Shown: positions 26,806-36,449, numbered from the stretch's first letter. The stretch is 51,453 nucleotides of DNA from a virus (IMGVR_UViG_3300032236_000307:1-51453); one strand, 5' to 3'. Made by a program: numbers and translations. Notes: generated by a model from the letters alone, not told the origin.

Positions 26806-28571
26806 CAGCAAAAGTCACCACCCTACTGGTCAAGCCCGGCATCCAGCGGGACGGTACCCAGTTTGCCTCAGACACTTATGTCGATGGCGAGTGGGTGCGC
26901 TTTCAACGTGGCTTGCCTCGCAAAATGGGCGGCTACAACGGCATCTTCCTGAACGCGACAAACATCTCGCGCGGCATGACCATGACCTCAGTCAATGGTC
27001 TGAACTACGTTGTATCCGGCTACAACAACGGGCTGGAACAGTGGGTGACCGACAACGACGACGGCGTGGGCGCTGGCCCGACGCAGTACACCTTCTCGTC
27101 CGGGTTCACTGCCAGTGACAACAACCTGTGGCAGTTTGACATTGGCTACGACTCGACAGGCGGTGCCACAAACAACCTCATTGCTCACCCCGGCCTGAAC
27201 CTTGCCGCGATTGACAACACGACAAACACCCGCCCCTTGGCTGGGCAGTTCCCCGGCACATCGTTGGCTCCTGTAGGTGTTTTCACGGCCTCCGGCACAC
27301 TGACAAGCGGATCAAAGAACGTCACATTCGCCGCAGTCAACGTGGCAATGGGTGCAGGCGTATCGGTCTCAGGATCAGGCATTCAAGCAGGCACGACCAT
27401 TGTGTCCGCCTCTACCGTCGCAGGTGTCTGGACGGTCGTTCTGAGCCTTGCCGCAACCGCATCGGTGACCACGACACTGACCTTCGACAACAACATTTCC
27501 GTATCCGGCGGCGTGGTGATGCTTCACCCGTACCTGTTCGTGTATGGCAACAACGGCCTGATCCAGAATTGCTCTGCTGGCAATTTCAACGACTGGACAT
27601 CGGCTGATGCCAATGCCAACAACGTGTCCACCGGCAAGATCGTCAAGGGCCTGCCAATCCGTGGTGGTACCACATCCCCCTCCGGCTTGTTTTGGTCGCT
27701 GGATTCACTGATTCGCGTGTCCTACGCCCCGTCCACAGTGAATGGTGTGAACTTCTATTGGCGCTATGACCTGCTGACCAGCCAGACATCGATCATGTCT
27801 TCCCAGTGCGTGATCGAGTACGACGGCATCTTCTATTGGTGCGGTGTTGACCGCTTCCTCATGTACAACGGTGTTGTGCAAGAGATCCCCAACACCATGA
27901 ACCAGAACTACTTCTTTGACAACCTGAACTATGTTCAGCGTCAAAAAGTGTGGTGTACCAAGGTGCCTCGCTGGGGCGAAATATGGTGGTTCTATCCCAA
28001 GGGTGACGCAACCGAATGCACCGACGCAATCATCTACAACGTGCGCGAGAAGACTTGGTATGACGCTGGTCAAGCTGAGGGCGCACGCCGATCTGCTGGC
28101 ACGTTCTCCGAGGTGTTTAGAAAGCCCATCTGGGGCGGCGTTGATGCCAACATCACCGGCGGCTACACCTTGTGGCAACACGAGACCGGCACCGACCGGG
28201 TCTATACCAAGAACGTCGATGCCATCAAGTCCTCGTTTGAGACTTGCAACCTTGGCTTGGTGACTGGCGGCCCCGGCAACCCTCAACTGGTGGGCGACAA
28301 CATGTGGGCGCACATTGAGCGCATCGAGCCTGACTTTGTTCAAAGTGGGACAATGAATGTGTTTGTGACGGGTAAGGGCTACGCCGACGATGTTGACATC
28401 ACAACAGGCCCGTATCCGTTTGATCCAGACACACTGAAGATTGACATGCGTGAACAACGTCGTGAGTTGCGATTGAGGTTTGAGTCCAACACCCAGAATG
28501 GCAATTACCAGATGGGTAAGGTATTGATCTCTGTCGATGGCGGCGATGTTCGCGGAACAGGCAACCCATGA
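26802..28571 (+). CDS. Tail nozzle / tubular protein B (P22 gp10-like position)
   Basis: TTG start overlapping the upstream stop; WVRFQRGLPRKMGG, GEIWWFYP, IIYNVRE..WY, RIEPDF beta-propeller-type motifs. Confidence 0.65.
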   Translation: MTAKVTTLLVKPGIQRDGTQFASDTYVDGEWVRFQRGLPRKMGGYNGIFLNATNISRGMTMTSVNGLNYVVSGYNNGLEQWVTDNDDGVGAGPTQYTFSSGFTASDNNLWQFDIGYDSTGGATNNLIAHPGLNLAAIDNTTNTRPLAGQFPGTSLAPVGVFTASGTLTSGSKNVTFAAVNVAMGAGVSVSGSGIQAGTTIVSASTVAGVWTVVLSLAATASVTTTLTFDNNISVSGGVVMLHPYLFVYGNNGLIQNCSAGNFNDWTSADANANNVSTGKIVKGLPIRGGTTSPSGLFWSLDSLIRVSYAPSTVNGVNFYWRYDLLTSQTSIMSSQCVIEYDGIFYWCGVDRFLMYNGVVQEIPNTMNQNYFFDNLNYVQRQKVWCTKVPRWGEIWWFYPKGDATECTDAIIYNVREKTWYDAGQAEGARRSAGTFSEVFRKPIWGGVDANITGGYTLWQHETGTDRVYTKNVDAIKSSFETCNLGLVTGGPGNPQLVGDNMWAHIERIEPDFVQSGTMNVFVTGKGYADDVDITTGPYPFDPDTLKIDMREQRRELRLRFESNTQNGNYQMGKVLISVDGGDVRGTGNP

Positions 28572-28822
28572 CGACCACCTACGACCCGCGCGGCATGACG
28601 TGGGACTACTGGTGCAAGTTGACCGAGGAGCAGTTTGCACCTCAACAGCTTGGGCACCTGCCTGAAGAGCAATGGCGTGAGTGGGTTGACGGCATGGTGG
28701 GCATTGGGTACTTCTTGAATTCAGGTGTGCCAGATTCCCGTGGATTTGAAAATTGGCAAGAATGGGCGCAAACCTTCATGGGCATCATGAGCATTGACCC
28801 CAACCCCGGAGTGATTCTTTAA
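28568..28822 (+). CDS. Hypothetical Trp-rich protein
   Basis: DPRGMTWDYW...F.NWQEWA; translationally coupled. Confidence 0.65.
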   Translation: MTTTYDPRGMTWDYWCKLTEEQFAPQQLGHLPEEQWREWVDGMVGIGYFLNSGVPDSRGFENWQEWAQTFMGIMSIDPNPGVIL

Positions 28823-28823
28823 C

Positions 28824-29195
28824 ATGAAGCCATCTGACGTAATTACGATTGACTCACAGAAACGAGGCTTGGATCCCCGGGCCGTGCTTGTTGGTGTCCA
28901 TGCTGTTGTTAAGCGTGGCGGCTTTGTTTTAGGTCAAGGCAACACAGCACTGGTGTTGCAAAGAATTGCTCCCGGAGTGTTTGCGGCTCACCTGTTTACC
29001 CATGATCCACCTCTGGCCTTGTCAAAGGCTTTGGTGACCTTCTTTGGTCAAATGCAAGGTAAGGGCGTGCATCGCCTATATGGCAAAGCCGACAACCAAG
29101 AGATCATTGGCCTGCTCAAGCAGTTGGGCCAAAGAGAGGGTGTCGAAGTCCTGCCATCAGACAAACCTGATTACAACTGGATGATTGAGCTATGA
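28824..29195 (+). CDS. Hypothetical protein (possibly GNAT-fold, tail/ejectosome assembly)
   Basis: 123 aa between nozzle and ejection proteins; fold inferred from position only. Confidence 0.5.
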   Translation: MKPSDVITIDSQKRGLDPRAVLVGVHAVVKRGGFVLGQGNTALVLQRIAPGVFAAHLFTHDPPLALSKALVTFFGQMQGKGVHRLYGKADNQEIIGLLKQLGQREGVEVLPSDKPDYNWMIEL

Positions 29196-30811
29196 AACAC
29201 CTTGGCGGCTATCACACTCGCAACCTTGGTGCCCAGCCCAGAAAAGGCTACGACGGCACAGAAAAGATCGTAGACGGCTACATCGTGCGCAACTACGGCG
29301 GAGGTGGCGGCATACTGCTGGGCATTGGTTTGGCGGTTCTGACAGGTGGAGCAAGCCTTGCTTTAGACGCAGGCATGGCGGCGGCTGATACCGCAGTTGC
29401 GCTTGATGCCGTAGATACCGTGGCAACAGTTGCTGACACTGCGGCGGCGGCAGACACGATTGACACAGCCGCCAATGCAATTGATACCGTGAATTCGGTG
29501 ACGGATTTGCCGACCGACGTACCAGCCGATGTGCCTGCTGACGTGCCCACCCCCGATGCACCCACGCCCGACGCTCCTGCCCCAGATGGCGGACTGCCTC
29601 CGGTAAATGAGGGGCCAATGGGGCCACCCACTCCAGAAGGCCCAATGGGCCCACCTGAGCCTATGGGGCCGCCTACGCCCGATTCACCGCCTTACGACCC
29701 CAATGGCCTTGACAATCCGACTAAGCCCCCATACGACCAAAACGGCATGCCTGATGCGAAGCCGCCGGATCCCACAAAAACGCCAGACGGTCTTTCAAAG
29801 ATCACATCAAAGGTCGCAAAATCCTTTGCTAACAACTTGATGTCCAAACCAACCCCAACCCGCGCGTTGGGCACATCTAATGAGACTGCTTTAGGCAGTT
29901 CTTCCTCCAGCGGAGCAAACATGGCTACACCTAAATTTTTATGCAATCAGGCCGACCTTCTGACTGACAGAGGATCCTCCGCAGGCCCCAAGGGCGGCTT
30001 AGAAAAGTTGCAACAGATGCCATCCAATGCAGGCATGCAGTCTTCAGCCGCGCCGGTTTGCATGTACGCAATGCAAGACCAAATGGCAATGATGGGTCAA
30101 TCACCTGTTGGCTCAGGATTAGGCTACGCCATGGGCGGCATGGCTCATCTGGACGACGGCGGTCAGCCTGACAACAAAAACATAGATGCGGCAAAAATCT
30201 GGAAAGATGCCTTCTGTCAAAAAAGCCGCATGCCAAAATTTACATGCGATAAGCCTGAGTTGATGCACTATCAAGGAAGCCAGCAAAGCCATGGCTTATC
30301 TCCCCTGAAGCACATCTACACCTCAATGACTGGCGGTTACGCCAAGGGCGGCTTGCCTGAGAAGTACCATGCGGCGGCACCAGAGGGCCATCACCCTGAG
30401 TTCATCACTGGGGTGACCGGATACTATGCCTGCGGTGGCGGCACAGGCCAATCAGACGACATTCCAGCCATGCTTCACGACGGCGACTATGTCATGGACG
30501 CTGAGACTGTTTCAGCCCTTGGAGACGGCTCCAGCAAGGCTGGCAAGCATGTTCTAGACGGGTTCCGCACACAGGTGCCACATAAAGGCGGTGCTGGTGG
30601 CAACCCTGTGCCGGCAAAGATCGCAGACGGGGAGTATGTCTTTCCTGCGTCATTTGTAACTGCATTAGGTGGCGGCGATAATAAGCGCGGCGCGGAGATT
30701 TTGGACGGATTGCGGACAAAACTGCGTGCTCACAAAAGGGGTGCGCCGTTGGACAAAATCCCACCGAAAGCGAAAGACCCGATTGATTACATCAAAAAGG
30801 CAAAGGCATAA
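29192..30811 (+). CDS. Internal virion (ejection/pilot) protein with Pro-rich linker, xxGG motifs and duplicated DG(D/E)YV domain
   Basis: RNYGGGG plus hydrophobic segment, Pro/Asp repeats, YAMGG/LDDGG/YAKGG/YACGG, SDDIPAMLHDGDYV and PAKIADGEYV. Confidence 0.7.
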   Translation: MKHLGGYHTRNLGAQPRKGYDGTEKIVDGYIVRNYGGGGGILLGIGLAVLTGGASLALDAGMAAADTAVALDAVDTVATVADTAAAADTIDTAANAIDTVNSVTDLPTDVPADVPADVPTPDAPTPDAPAPDGGLPPVNEGPMGPPTPEGPMGPPEPMGPPTPDSPPYDPNGLDNPTKPPYDQNGMPDAKPPDPTKTPDGLSKITSKVAKSFANNLMSKPTPTRALGTSNETALGSSSSSGANMATPKFLCNQADLLTDRGSSAGPKGGLEKLQQMPSNAGMQSSAAPVCMYAMQDQMAMMGQSPVGSGLGYAMGGMAHLDDGGQPDNKNIDAAKIWKDAFCQKSRMPKFTCDKPELMHYQGSQQSHGLSPLKHIYTSMTGGYAKGGLPEKYHAAAPEGHHPEFITGVTGYYACGGGTGQSDDIPAMLHDGDYVMDAETVSALGDGSSKAGKHVLDGFRTQVPHKGGAGGNPVPAKIADGEYVFPASFVTALGGGDNKRGAEILDGLRTKLRAHKRGAPLDKIPPKAKDPIDYIKKAKA

Positions 30812-30813
30812 AC

Positions 30814-31965
30814 ATGGCAAACCTACTTCAAAGTTCACAACAAAAAACGACGTGCGTACCGTCGTTTTATACAAACTACCTGACCAACCTTGCGACCAAG
30901 GGTACGCAGGCGGCGTGTGCCGCAAAGTACGTTGGTGCACAGCCTTTACAAGTTGAGGCATTTAAAGCCGCAAATACCAACGCAGGAGCGGCACAGCCTG
31001 CATTCAAGACCGGCATGGGGTACCTTGGTTGCGCGGCAAACACCAAGATTGCTGGCGCGGCTTCTCCCTATCTGAATGAAGCGGAACAAACAAACACGGG
31101 TCAATTGGCCCAGTGTTACATGAGCCCCTACATCAACAATGCTGTGCAGAACATGTCAGACATTGGCATGAGGAACATCCGCCAGAATTTGGCACCGTCA
31201 GCCACCGCTGGCGCTGTTGGATCTGGTCAATTTGGCTCACAGCGCGGTGCTCAGGTGCTGGGTCAGGTTGAAGGCAATGCCATGCAGGATCTGAACAGCC
31301 AGATTGCAACCATGGAAAACGCTGGATATTCCAGCGCGTTGAATGCCGCCACCCAGAGACAGGCCCTGTTGAACCAATTGGGCTCCACAGCGGCTACAGC
31401 AAGCGCCGAATGTGCACGCGCGAAGCAGGCGGCAGGTCAAGCCATGGGCACACTGGGAACTGCCCTTACAAACGCCAACATTGCCTGCGAGAACGCAATG
31501 GCAACACTGGGTGGACAACAGCAGACCATTGCTCAGAATGCTCAGTGCTATGACTTGGCAAAGTACACCAAGGCCGCTGGCATTTTGCAAGGCGCACAGA
31601 TCCCGACATCAGTCAAAACAACCATGTGCGAGTCGCCATTCTCTGCGGCAGGTGGACTTGGCGCAGGCGTGCTTGGCGTGCTCTGCAAGTACCCCAACAT
31701 CATGTGCAAGGTTGGAAAAGGCTTGATGGATCTTTTGCCAAGCAGTTCATCATCCACGGGCGGACTTCCAAGTGGCACCGGCGCAGGTGATTCTGGTTAT
31801 CACGACCCAGTTTATAACCCGCCGGTGGATACTGCACCTGCCCCGGATTACGGCGTTGTGTGCCCTAACGATGCATGGGATTTTGCGAGAGGCGGCTCAA
31901 TCAAAGCGCGTGGCGCAATGGGATGTTCATCTACTCGCCACCATGGCGGTTTACCTAGAGGTTAA
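30814..31965 (+). CDS. Internal virion (ejection) protein, Cys-enriched
   Basis: A/Q/G-rich, YMSPY, GQFGSQRG and LGGQQQ motifs of DNA-ejection proteins; 12 Cys. Confidence 0.65.
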   Translation: MANLLQSSQQKTTCVPSFYTNYLTNLATKGTQAACAAKYVGAQPLQVEAFKAANTNAGAAQPAFKTGMGYLGCAANTKIAGAASPYLNEAEQTNTGQLAQCYMSPYINNAVQNMSDIGMRNIRQNLAPSATAGAVGSGQFGSQRGAQVLGQVEGNAMQDLNSQIATMENAGYSSALNAATQRQALLNQLGSTAATASAECARAKQAAGQAMGTLGTALTNANIACENAMATLGGQQQTIAQNAQCYDLAKYTKAAGILQGAQIPTSVKTTMCESPFSAAGGLGAGVLGVLCKYPNIMCKVGKGLMDLLPSSSSSTGGLPSGTGAGDSGYHDPVYNPPVDTAPAPDYGVVCPNDAWDFARGGSIKARGAMGCSSTRHHGGLPRG

Positions 31966-33569
31966 TGATGGCAACTACTACTCAAGATCCCAGCAAAACA
32001 GACTACACCTTTGCCGGAGGCTTGTCTGGTGTTAATCCTGCCGAGCTTGATCCTCAGGACATTCAAAGACTTCGTGACGTGACTGATCAGGGCATTGAAG
32101 CCCTGAAGCACCGTTATGACAACCCCAACTGGTTCAAGGTTGCGGCTGGCTTTGCCAAGCCCACGGGCGGCAACTTCTTGGCATCTTTGGGCAATGCAAT
32201 GGAGCCTCTAGGTGAAAACGTAGAGCAAGAGCGTGCCAACATTCAACCAGTTGTGAATGCGCAAATCCTGCGCGAGCAAAGCAACATGTTGCTTGGACAG
32301 AAAATTAAGCAAAACCAAATTTTCCAAGAGTGGCGTGCATCAGGCATGCCAATGGATGAGCGCACCTATTCACGGATTGCTTCATTGGGCGAGAACACGG
32401 ACGTTGCAAAGTCTGCCAAACAATATTGGGATCAAGCCAAGGCTCGTGTTGAGACAACCACGGGCGCTCAAAGGGCCAGATACGAGTTTCCTGAGCTTGA
32501 TGATGCATTCAAGAAATTTGTTGAAGTGTCAGCAGATCCAACTGCCGATCCAAAAGAAATCCAAAGAAGATCAGAGGCTGTCAGCAAGAACCTTGATGCG
32601 GCGAAGCCACCTCAGACAGAGCAGGCGACATGGGATGGCATGTCGTTGCAGGATAAGCGTAATGAAATCGCAAAATACGCTCATGATCAACAGACAATTG
32701 GCTTGACAGAAGAAGGCAAGTTCAGGTTTAACCACGACCAAGCGGTCAATCGCCTTCCATTGATGGAAACCATTCGCAATCAAGCATTGGGCAAAGGATT
32801 GCATGATGCTCAATTGAAGGACGAGAAAGGTCAAACCGTCACGCTTACAGGCCAACAGCAAATGGCTAAATTGCTGGGCATGTTTGGCGGCAACAACCCG
32901 TTTGAAATCATTGCCAAGGCGGCGAATGAAGGCAAGTTTGGCGACCTGTTTAAAGGCGCTGATCAGTTGGTTCGTCAGGGCATGATGACCTCTGAAGCTC
33001 GCACGGAGTTTGAGGCACTGGTTAAATCGTTGGCGATGCAGGAAGTTCAATTCCGCAATGGCGCGATCAATCCCACAAACGCATACCAATCCTTACAGCA
33101 GAGTGCTACACCGGGTGTCTGGAATTCACAAAGCTCTTTGGTTCATATTCTTGATTTGATGGCTCATGGCGAAAGCAATGAGATCAACAAATATCAACAT
33201 ATTCTTACCAAACCCACTAACCCACAAGAACCTTATGGGGGTCGTCGCATTGGCGCAGATAGCGCCTTCTATGACAAGCAAAGAGAGTGGGCGGCGGAGC
33301 ACGAGCGCATTGCAAAGAACATCTCTCAGATGCCTATGAAGACACCTGACTGGTACAGACCCGGCTACAAGCCTCAGCCAGATACAGAGCAAAAGCCTCA
33401 GGCCAATCCCCCTGCTGTACAGGCACAACCATCTGGCGGAGAACAGCGCAAGACCAACCCTCCCGCCAATGCGCCCCGCAGGAATGATCGGATTGTTGGT
33501 GCCAACGGCAACGTATGGCAAAGAGATCCACAGACTGGCAAATACAATGACACAGGGGAGAAACCGTAA
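31965..33569 (+). CDS. Internal virion (ejection) protein
   Basis: 534 aa helical; AAGFAKPT..F.ASLG N-terminus; position in the ejection cluster. Confidence 0.6.
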   Translation: MMATTTQDPSKTDYTFAGGLSGVNPAELDPQDIQRLRDVTDQGIEALKHRYDNPNWFKVAAGFAKPTGGNFLASLGNAMEPLGENVEQERANIQPVVNAQILREQSNMLLGQKIKQNQIFQEWRASGMPMDERTYSRIASLGENTDVAKSAKQYWDQAKARVETTTGAQRARYEFPELDDAFKKFVEVSADPTADPKEIQRRSEAVSKNLDAAKPPQTEQATWDGMSLQDKRNEIAKYAHDQQTIGLTEEGKFRFNHDQAVNRLPLMETIRNQALGKGLHDAQLKDEKGQTVTLTGQQQMAKLLGMFGGNNPFEIIAKAANEGKFGDLFKGADQLVRQGMMTSEARTEFEALVKSLAMQEVQFRNGAINPTNAYQSLQQSATPGVWNSQSSLVHILDLMAHGESNEINKYQHILTKPTNPQEPYGGRRIGADSAFYDKQREWAAEHERIAKNISQMPMKTPDWYRPGYKPQPDTEQKPQANPPAVQAQPSGGEQRKTNPPANAPRRNDRIVGANGNVWQRDPQTGKYNDTGEKP

Positions 33570-35053
33570 TGGCGGACAACACCGACATTCCAATTTCGAC
33601 TTGGAACAACAACCCGGGTAACCTGAGGCCGCCCAAGGGTGTGACCTACAAGGGTCAAATTGCAACCGACCCCAACACAGGCTTTGCTATTTTTGAAGAC
33701 CCTGAGTCAGGACGTAACGCGCTAGAGGGCGACATCAACATCAAGCTCAAGCGCGGCATCAACACGCCTCATGATTTTGTCGAAGCATATTTGGGCAAAG
33801 ATCCAAAGAACACAGATCAAAACAAGATCGACTACAAACAGCACATTGCAAACACCCTTGGCTTGAAGGATCCACACGAGCCCTTCCCTGAGAATTCCAC
33901 TTCCAAGATTGCTGATGCAATATCCGGCTTTGAAAGCGGCTCATGGAAAAAGCCAAAGCCTCAGCAGGCCGAGCCAGCCGATTCTGAAGAGGGCAAAACA
34001 ATCACAGGCGGTGACATCAAAAAAGATGAAGCCGCTGATGCGGATCAGGGCAACAAAGGAAATGTTCCAACAGTTGACCCTAGAAGTCTTCCCGGCACAA
34101 GCACTGCATACAAGCAGGACATAGGAACGCTGGGCGCTCTCACTGGAGCCGTGAGTGCTGGCGCGGTGGAGGCGGGGTCTGCAATCATTCCTGCAAAGTC
34201 AAACATTCTTGCCGCGATGCGCATCGGGTCTACTGACCCCAATGCTCCATCTACACGCTGGGGCCTAGATTCGTACACAAGAAAAATGTTTCCGATGGAT
34301 ACCGATATCCATTTGAAAGACTTGGAAAGTGAAGTCACAAAACTTCGTCAAGCGGCGGATCCAAAGGCACCCAAGGTCAAGCTCAGGACAATGTCTGAAG
34401 TGCAGGACGCAATAAAAGAAATTCAAGCCAAAGCACCTTCTGTCGTGCAAAAGCCTGTCATTTCGCCTGTGCCCGGATCTCCCGGTCAATTCAGCGACAC
34501 TGGAAGATTTGTGGTCAGAGATGTTCCCGGAACACCCGGCGCTGACCTGTCTGCCTATGTTCGCAACCCCAACACGCCCGTTAAAAATGCGGTGATGGCT
34601 CCTGTGAAAGCGGCACAAAGAGCGGTGACTGGCGCACTGCCTTCAGCCCTCCGAATTGGTACCGGCGCTTTAGGTGGCCTCAATGCGGCAACCAGTGGAT
34701 ATGACGCATGGGAGATGGCGCACGATCCCAAGTATGGCGGCTCATCTGAGCAAGGTAATTACTACAACCCCTATGTCTTGGGCAAGGGGGCTCAAATGGT
34801 AGGCGGCGCAATGATGATGGTGCCCGGCATGCAATTGCCCGGTGCCGCACTGACTGCTGTTGGTATGGCTCCTGAGGCGTATGACCTTGCAACAGAATAT
34901 GGCCCTAAGGCTTATGAGTATGCCAAGCGAGAGGCTCCGAAAGCTGTTCCAAGGGCTCGTGAATATTTGCACCGTACTCTTGCGCCTGAAACACAGGCCA
35001 ATCTAAAAAGGCAATACCCAGACGACACCGGCAACCTTGGCGCGTTGCCATAA
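33569..35053 (+). CDS. Internal virion protein with N-terminal NNPGN lysozyme-like domain
   Basis: NNNPGNLR..GFAIFEDPESG..AISGFESG; C-terminal hydrophobic Gly/Ala segments. Confidence 0.65.
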   Translation: MADNTDIPISTWNNNPGNLRPPKGVTYKGQIATDPNTGFAIFEDPESGRNALEGDINIKLKRGINTPHDFVEAYLGKDPKNTDQNKIDYKQHIANTLGLKDPHEPFPENSTSKIADAISGFESGSWKKPKPQQAEPADSEEGKTITGGDIKKDEAADADQGNKGNVPTVDPRSLPGTSTAYKQDIGTLGALTGAVSAGAVEAGSAIIPAKSNILAAMRIGSTDPNAPSTRWGLDSYTRKMFPMDTDIHLKDLESEVTKLRQAADPKAPKVKLRTMSEVQDAIKEIQAKAPSVVQKPVISPVPGSPGQFSDTGRFVVRDVPGTPGADLSAYVRNPNTPVKNAVMAPVKAAQRAVTGALPSALRIGTGALGGLNAATSGYDAWEMAHDPKYGGSSEQGNYYNPYVLGKGAQMVGGAMMMVPGMQLPGAALTAVGMAPEAYDLATEYGPKAYEYAKREAPKAVPRAREYLHRTLAPETQANLKRQYPDDTGNLGALP

Positions 35054-35055
35054 AT

Positions 35056-35083
35056 AACCCCCTCCGTATGTGGAGGGGGATTT
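35056..35083. terminator. Bidirectional terminator between the convergent late and early operons
   Basis: CCCCCTCC-N6-GGAGGGGG hairpin with A/T flanks between convergent stops. Confidence 0.7.
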
Positions 35084-35085
35084 GC

Positions 35086-35307
35086 TTACGCTTGTGATCT
35101 AACCTCAAGAATCTTGTCAGCCACCAAAGTGTTGTATGCGCGTGCAACATCTACGCATGCCTCACGTTCAGCTTTGACAATCTCTGGTGTTGCCTTCTTC
35201 ACAAAGGCATCAGCCAACATGACAAGGTCTTCTTCGAGGAAGTTGTAGTTTTCCTCCAGTTGAATATTCATGAAGGCTTCGATCACCTGTTCCTTGGTCA
35301 AGCTCAT
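35086..35307 (-). CDS. Hypothetical protein
   Basis: GGAG RBS, coupled to the upstream gene; EREACV motif. Confidence 0.65.
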   Translation of the reverse strand: MSLTKEQVIEAFMNIQLEENYNFLEEDLVMLADAFVKKATPEIVKAEREACVDVARAYNTLVADKILEVRSQA

Positions 35308-35516
35308 TTCTTCTCCTCAAGGTCAAGCTCCAAGTTGATGGGGCGAGCATACTCAACCTTCACCCCCTTACCCAAAAGCTCCACCAGATCGGTTTGTGAG
35401 GCTACAGCGGCGTTGTATTGGCTGTTAGCAACATAGGCGATGGCGGTCTGCCGGGTAGGGGCGCTGACAAGGTGGATACCTGTGGGGCCACCGACTACAT
35501 AGATACGTTCTGACAT
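35304..35516 (-). CDS. Hypothetical protein
   Basis: AAGGA RBS; operon context. Confidence 0.65.
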   Translation of the reverse strand: MSERIYVVGGPTGIHLVSAPTRQTAIAYVANSQYNAAVASQTDLVELLGKGVKVEYARPINLELDLEEKK

Positions 35517-35525
35517 GATGTTTCC

Positions 35526-36449
35526 TTATTTGACGTTGATGAATGGAACTGCACCGCCGCTGGTGGTGGGCAATTTGCCGTCCCAGCGTTCGATTGCTTT
35601 GAGTTGGACATAGGATGCCCCGCCTTGGCTGTTGATGGCCTGCGTTTCGATCTGGATTGCTTTGGCACGGCCTTCAGCCTTGGCAATCTCTTGTTTTGCT
35701 TCTACTTCGATGCGTTGCAAGTCTTGCTCGGCCTTCAGCTTGGACTGTGTTGCCACAACCTTGGACTCGATGGCACGTTGGTACTCTTCGCTGAACCCAA
35801 AGTTCACCAGACTGATGTCGCCTACCTCCACGCCGTACTTGACCAGCTTGCCTGCAACCTCTTCTTTGACTTGACCAGACACCACATCGCGCTTGGTAAT
35901 CAACTCTTCGCTGGTGTAGTGGGCCGTGACGGCTTTCAATGACTCACTCAGGGCAGGCAGGATGACTCGGTCTTGCAAGTCAAAGCCAAACTCTTTGTAG
36001 ATGTGAGCCGCCTTGGAGCCATCAATGCGGTAGTTCATCACGATGTCAGTGTGAATCTGTTGCAAGTCTTTGGTTCCCGCACTGGCCTTCTCAAGCTTGG
36101 TGGTGACCAAACGAACCTCAACCTCTTTGATGCGAGAGATCGGATTGACCATGTGCATACCCTCAGCCAATGTCTGTTGGTTGACTTCGCCCAGTGTCAC
36201 CTGCACACCAATGTGACCCGCAGGAATTACCGTAAACGATTCAAACGCAAGCGTTGACAGAATCAAACCCAGCGCAACCGCAGTAGGCAAAGATTTTTCA
36301 AATTCAGGCTTCGGCTCTTCGAATGGTCGTTTGTAGCTTTCGTTGTATTCCTTTTTGCGCTCCCATCCATCAAGCTCATTGCGATACCACGCATAGAAAC
36401 CACCAAACGTAACCAATGCCAAAAATAGTGAAAGAAAAATTAAACTCAT
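35526..36449 (-). CDS. SPFH/band-7 (prohibitin-like) membrane protein
   Basis: IPAGHIGVQVTLG, TKDLQQI, LKAVTAHYTSEELITKR, FSEEYQRAIESK, AIERWDGKLP; ATG 36449 with GGAG RBS. Confidence 0.88.
   Translation of the reverse strand: MSLIFLSLFLALVTFGGFYAWYRNELDGWERKKEYNESYKRPFEEPKPEFEKSLPTAVALGLILSTLAFESFTVIPAGHIGVQVTLGEVNQQTLAEGMHMVNPISRIKEVEVRLVTTKLEKASAGTKDLQQIHTDIVMNYRIDGSKAAHIYKEFGFDLQDRVILPALSESLKAVTAHYTSEELITKRDVVSGQVKEEVAGKLVKYGVEVGDISLVNFGFSEEYQRAIESKVVATQSKLKAEQDLQRIEVEAKQEIAKAEGRAKAIQIETQAINSQGGASYVQLKAIERWDGKLPTTSGGAVPFINVK

Noticed and set aside
81-35150. Numerous minus-strand ORFs across the structural module
   Set aside because: They are antisense shadows of codon-biased + strand genes, without RBS or recognisable motifs.
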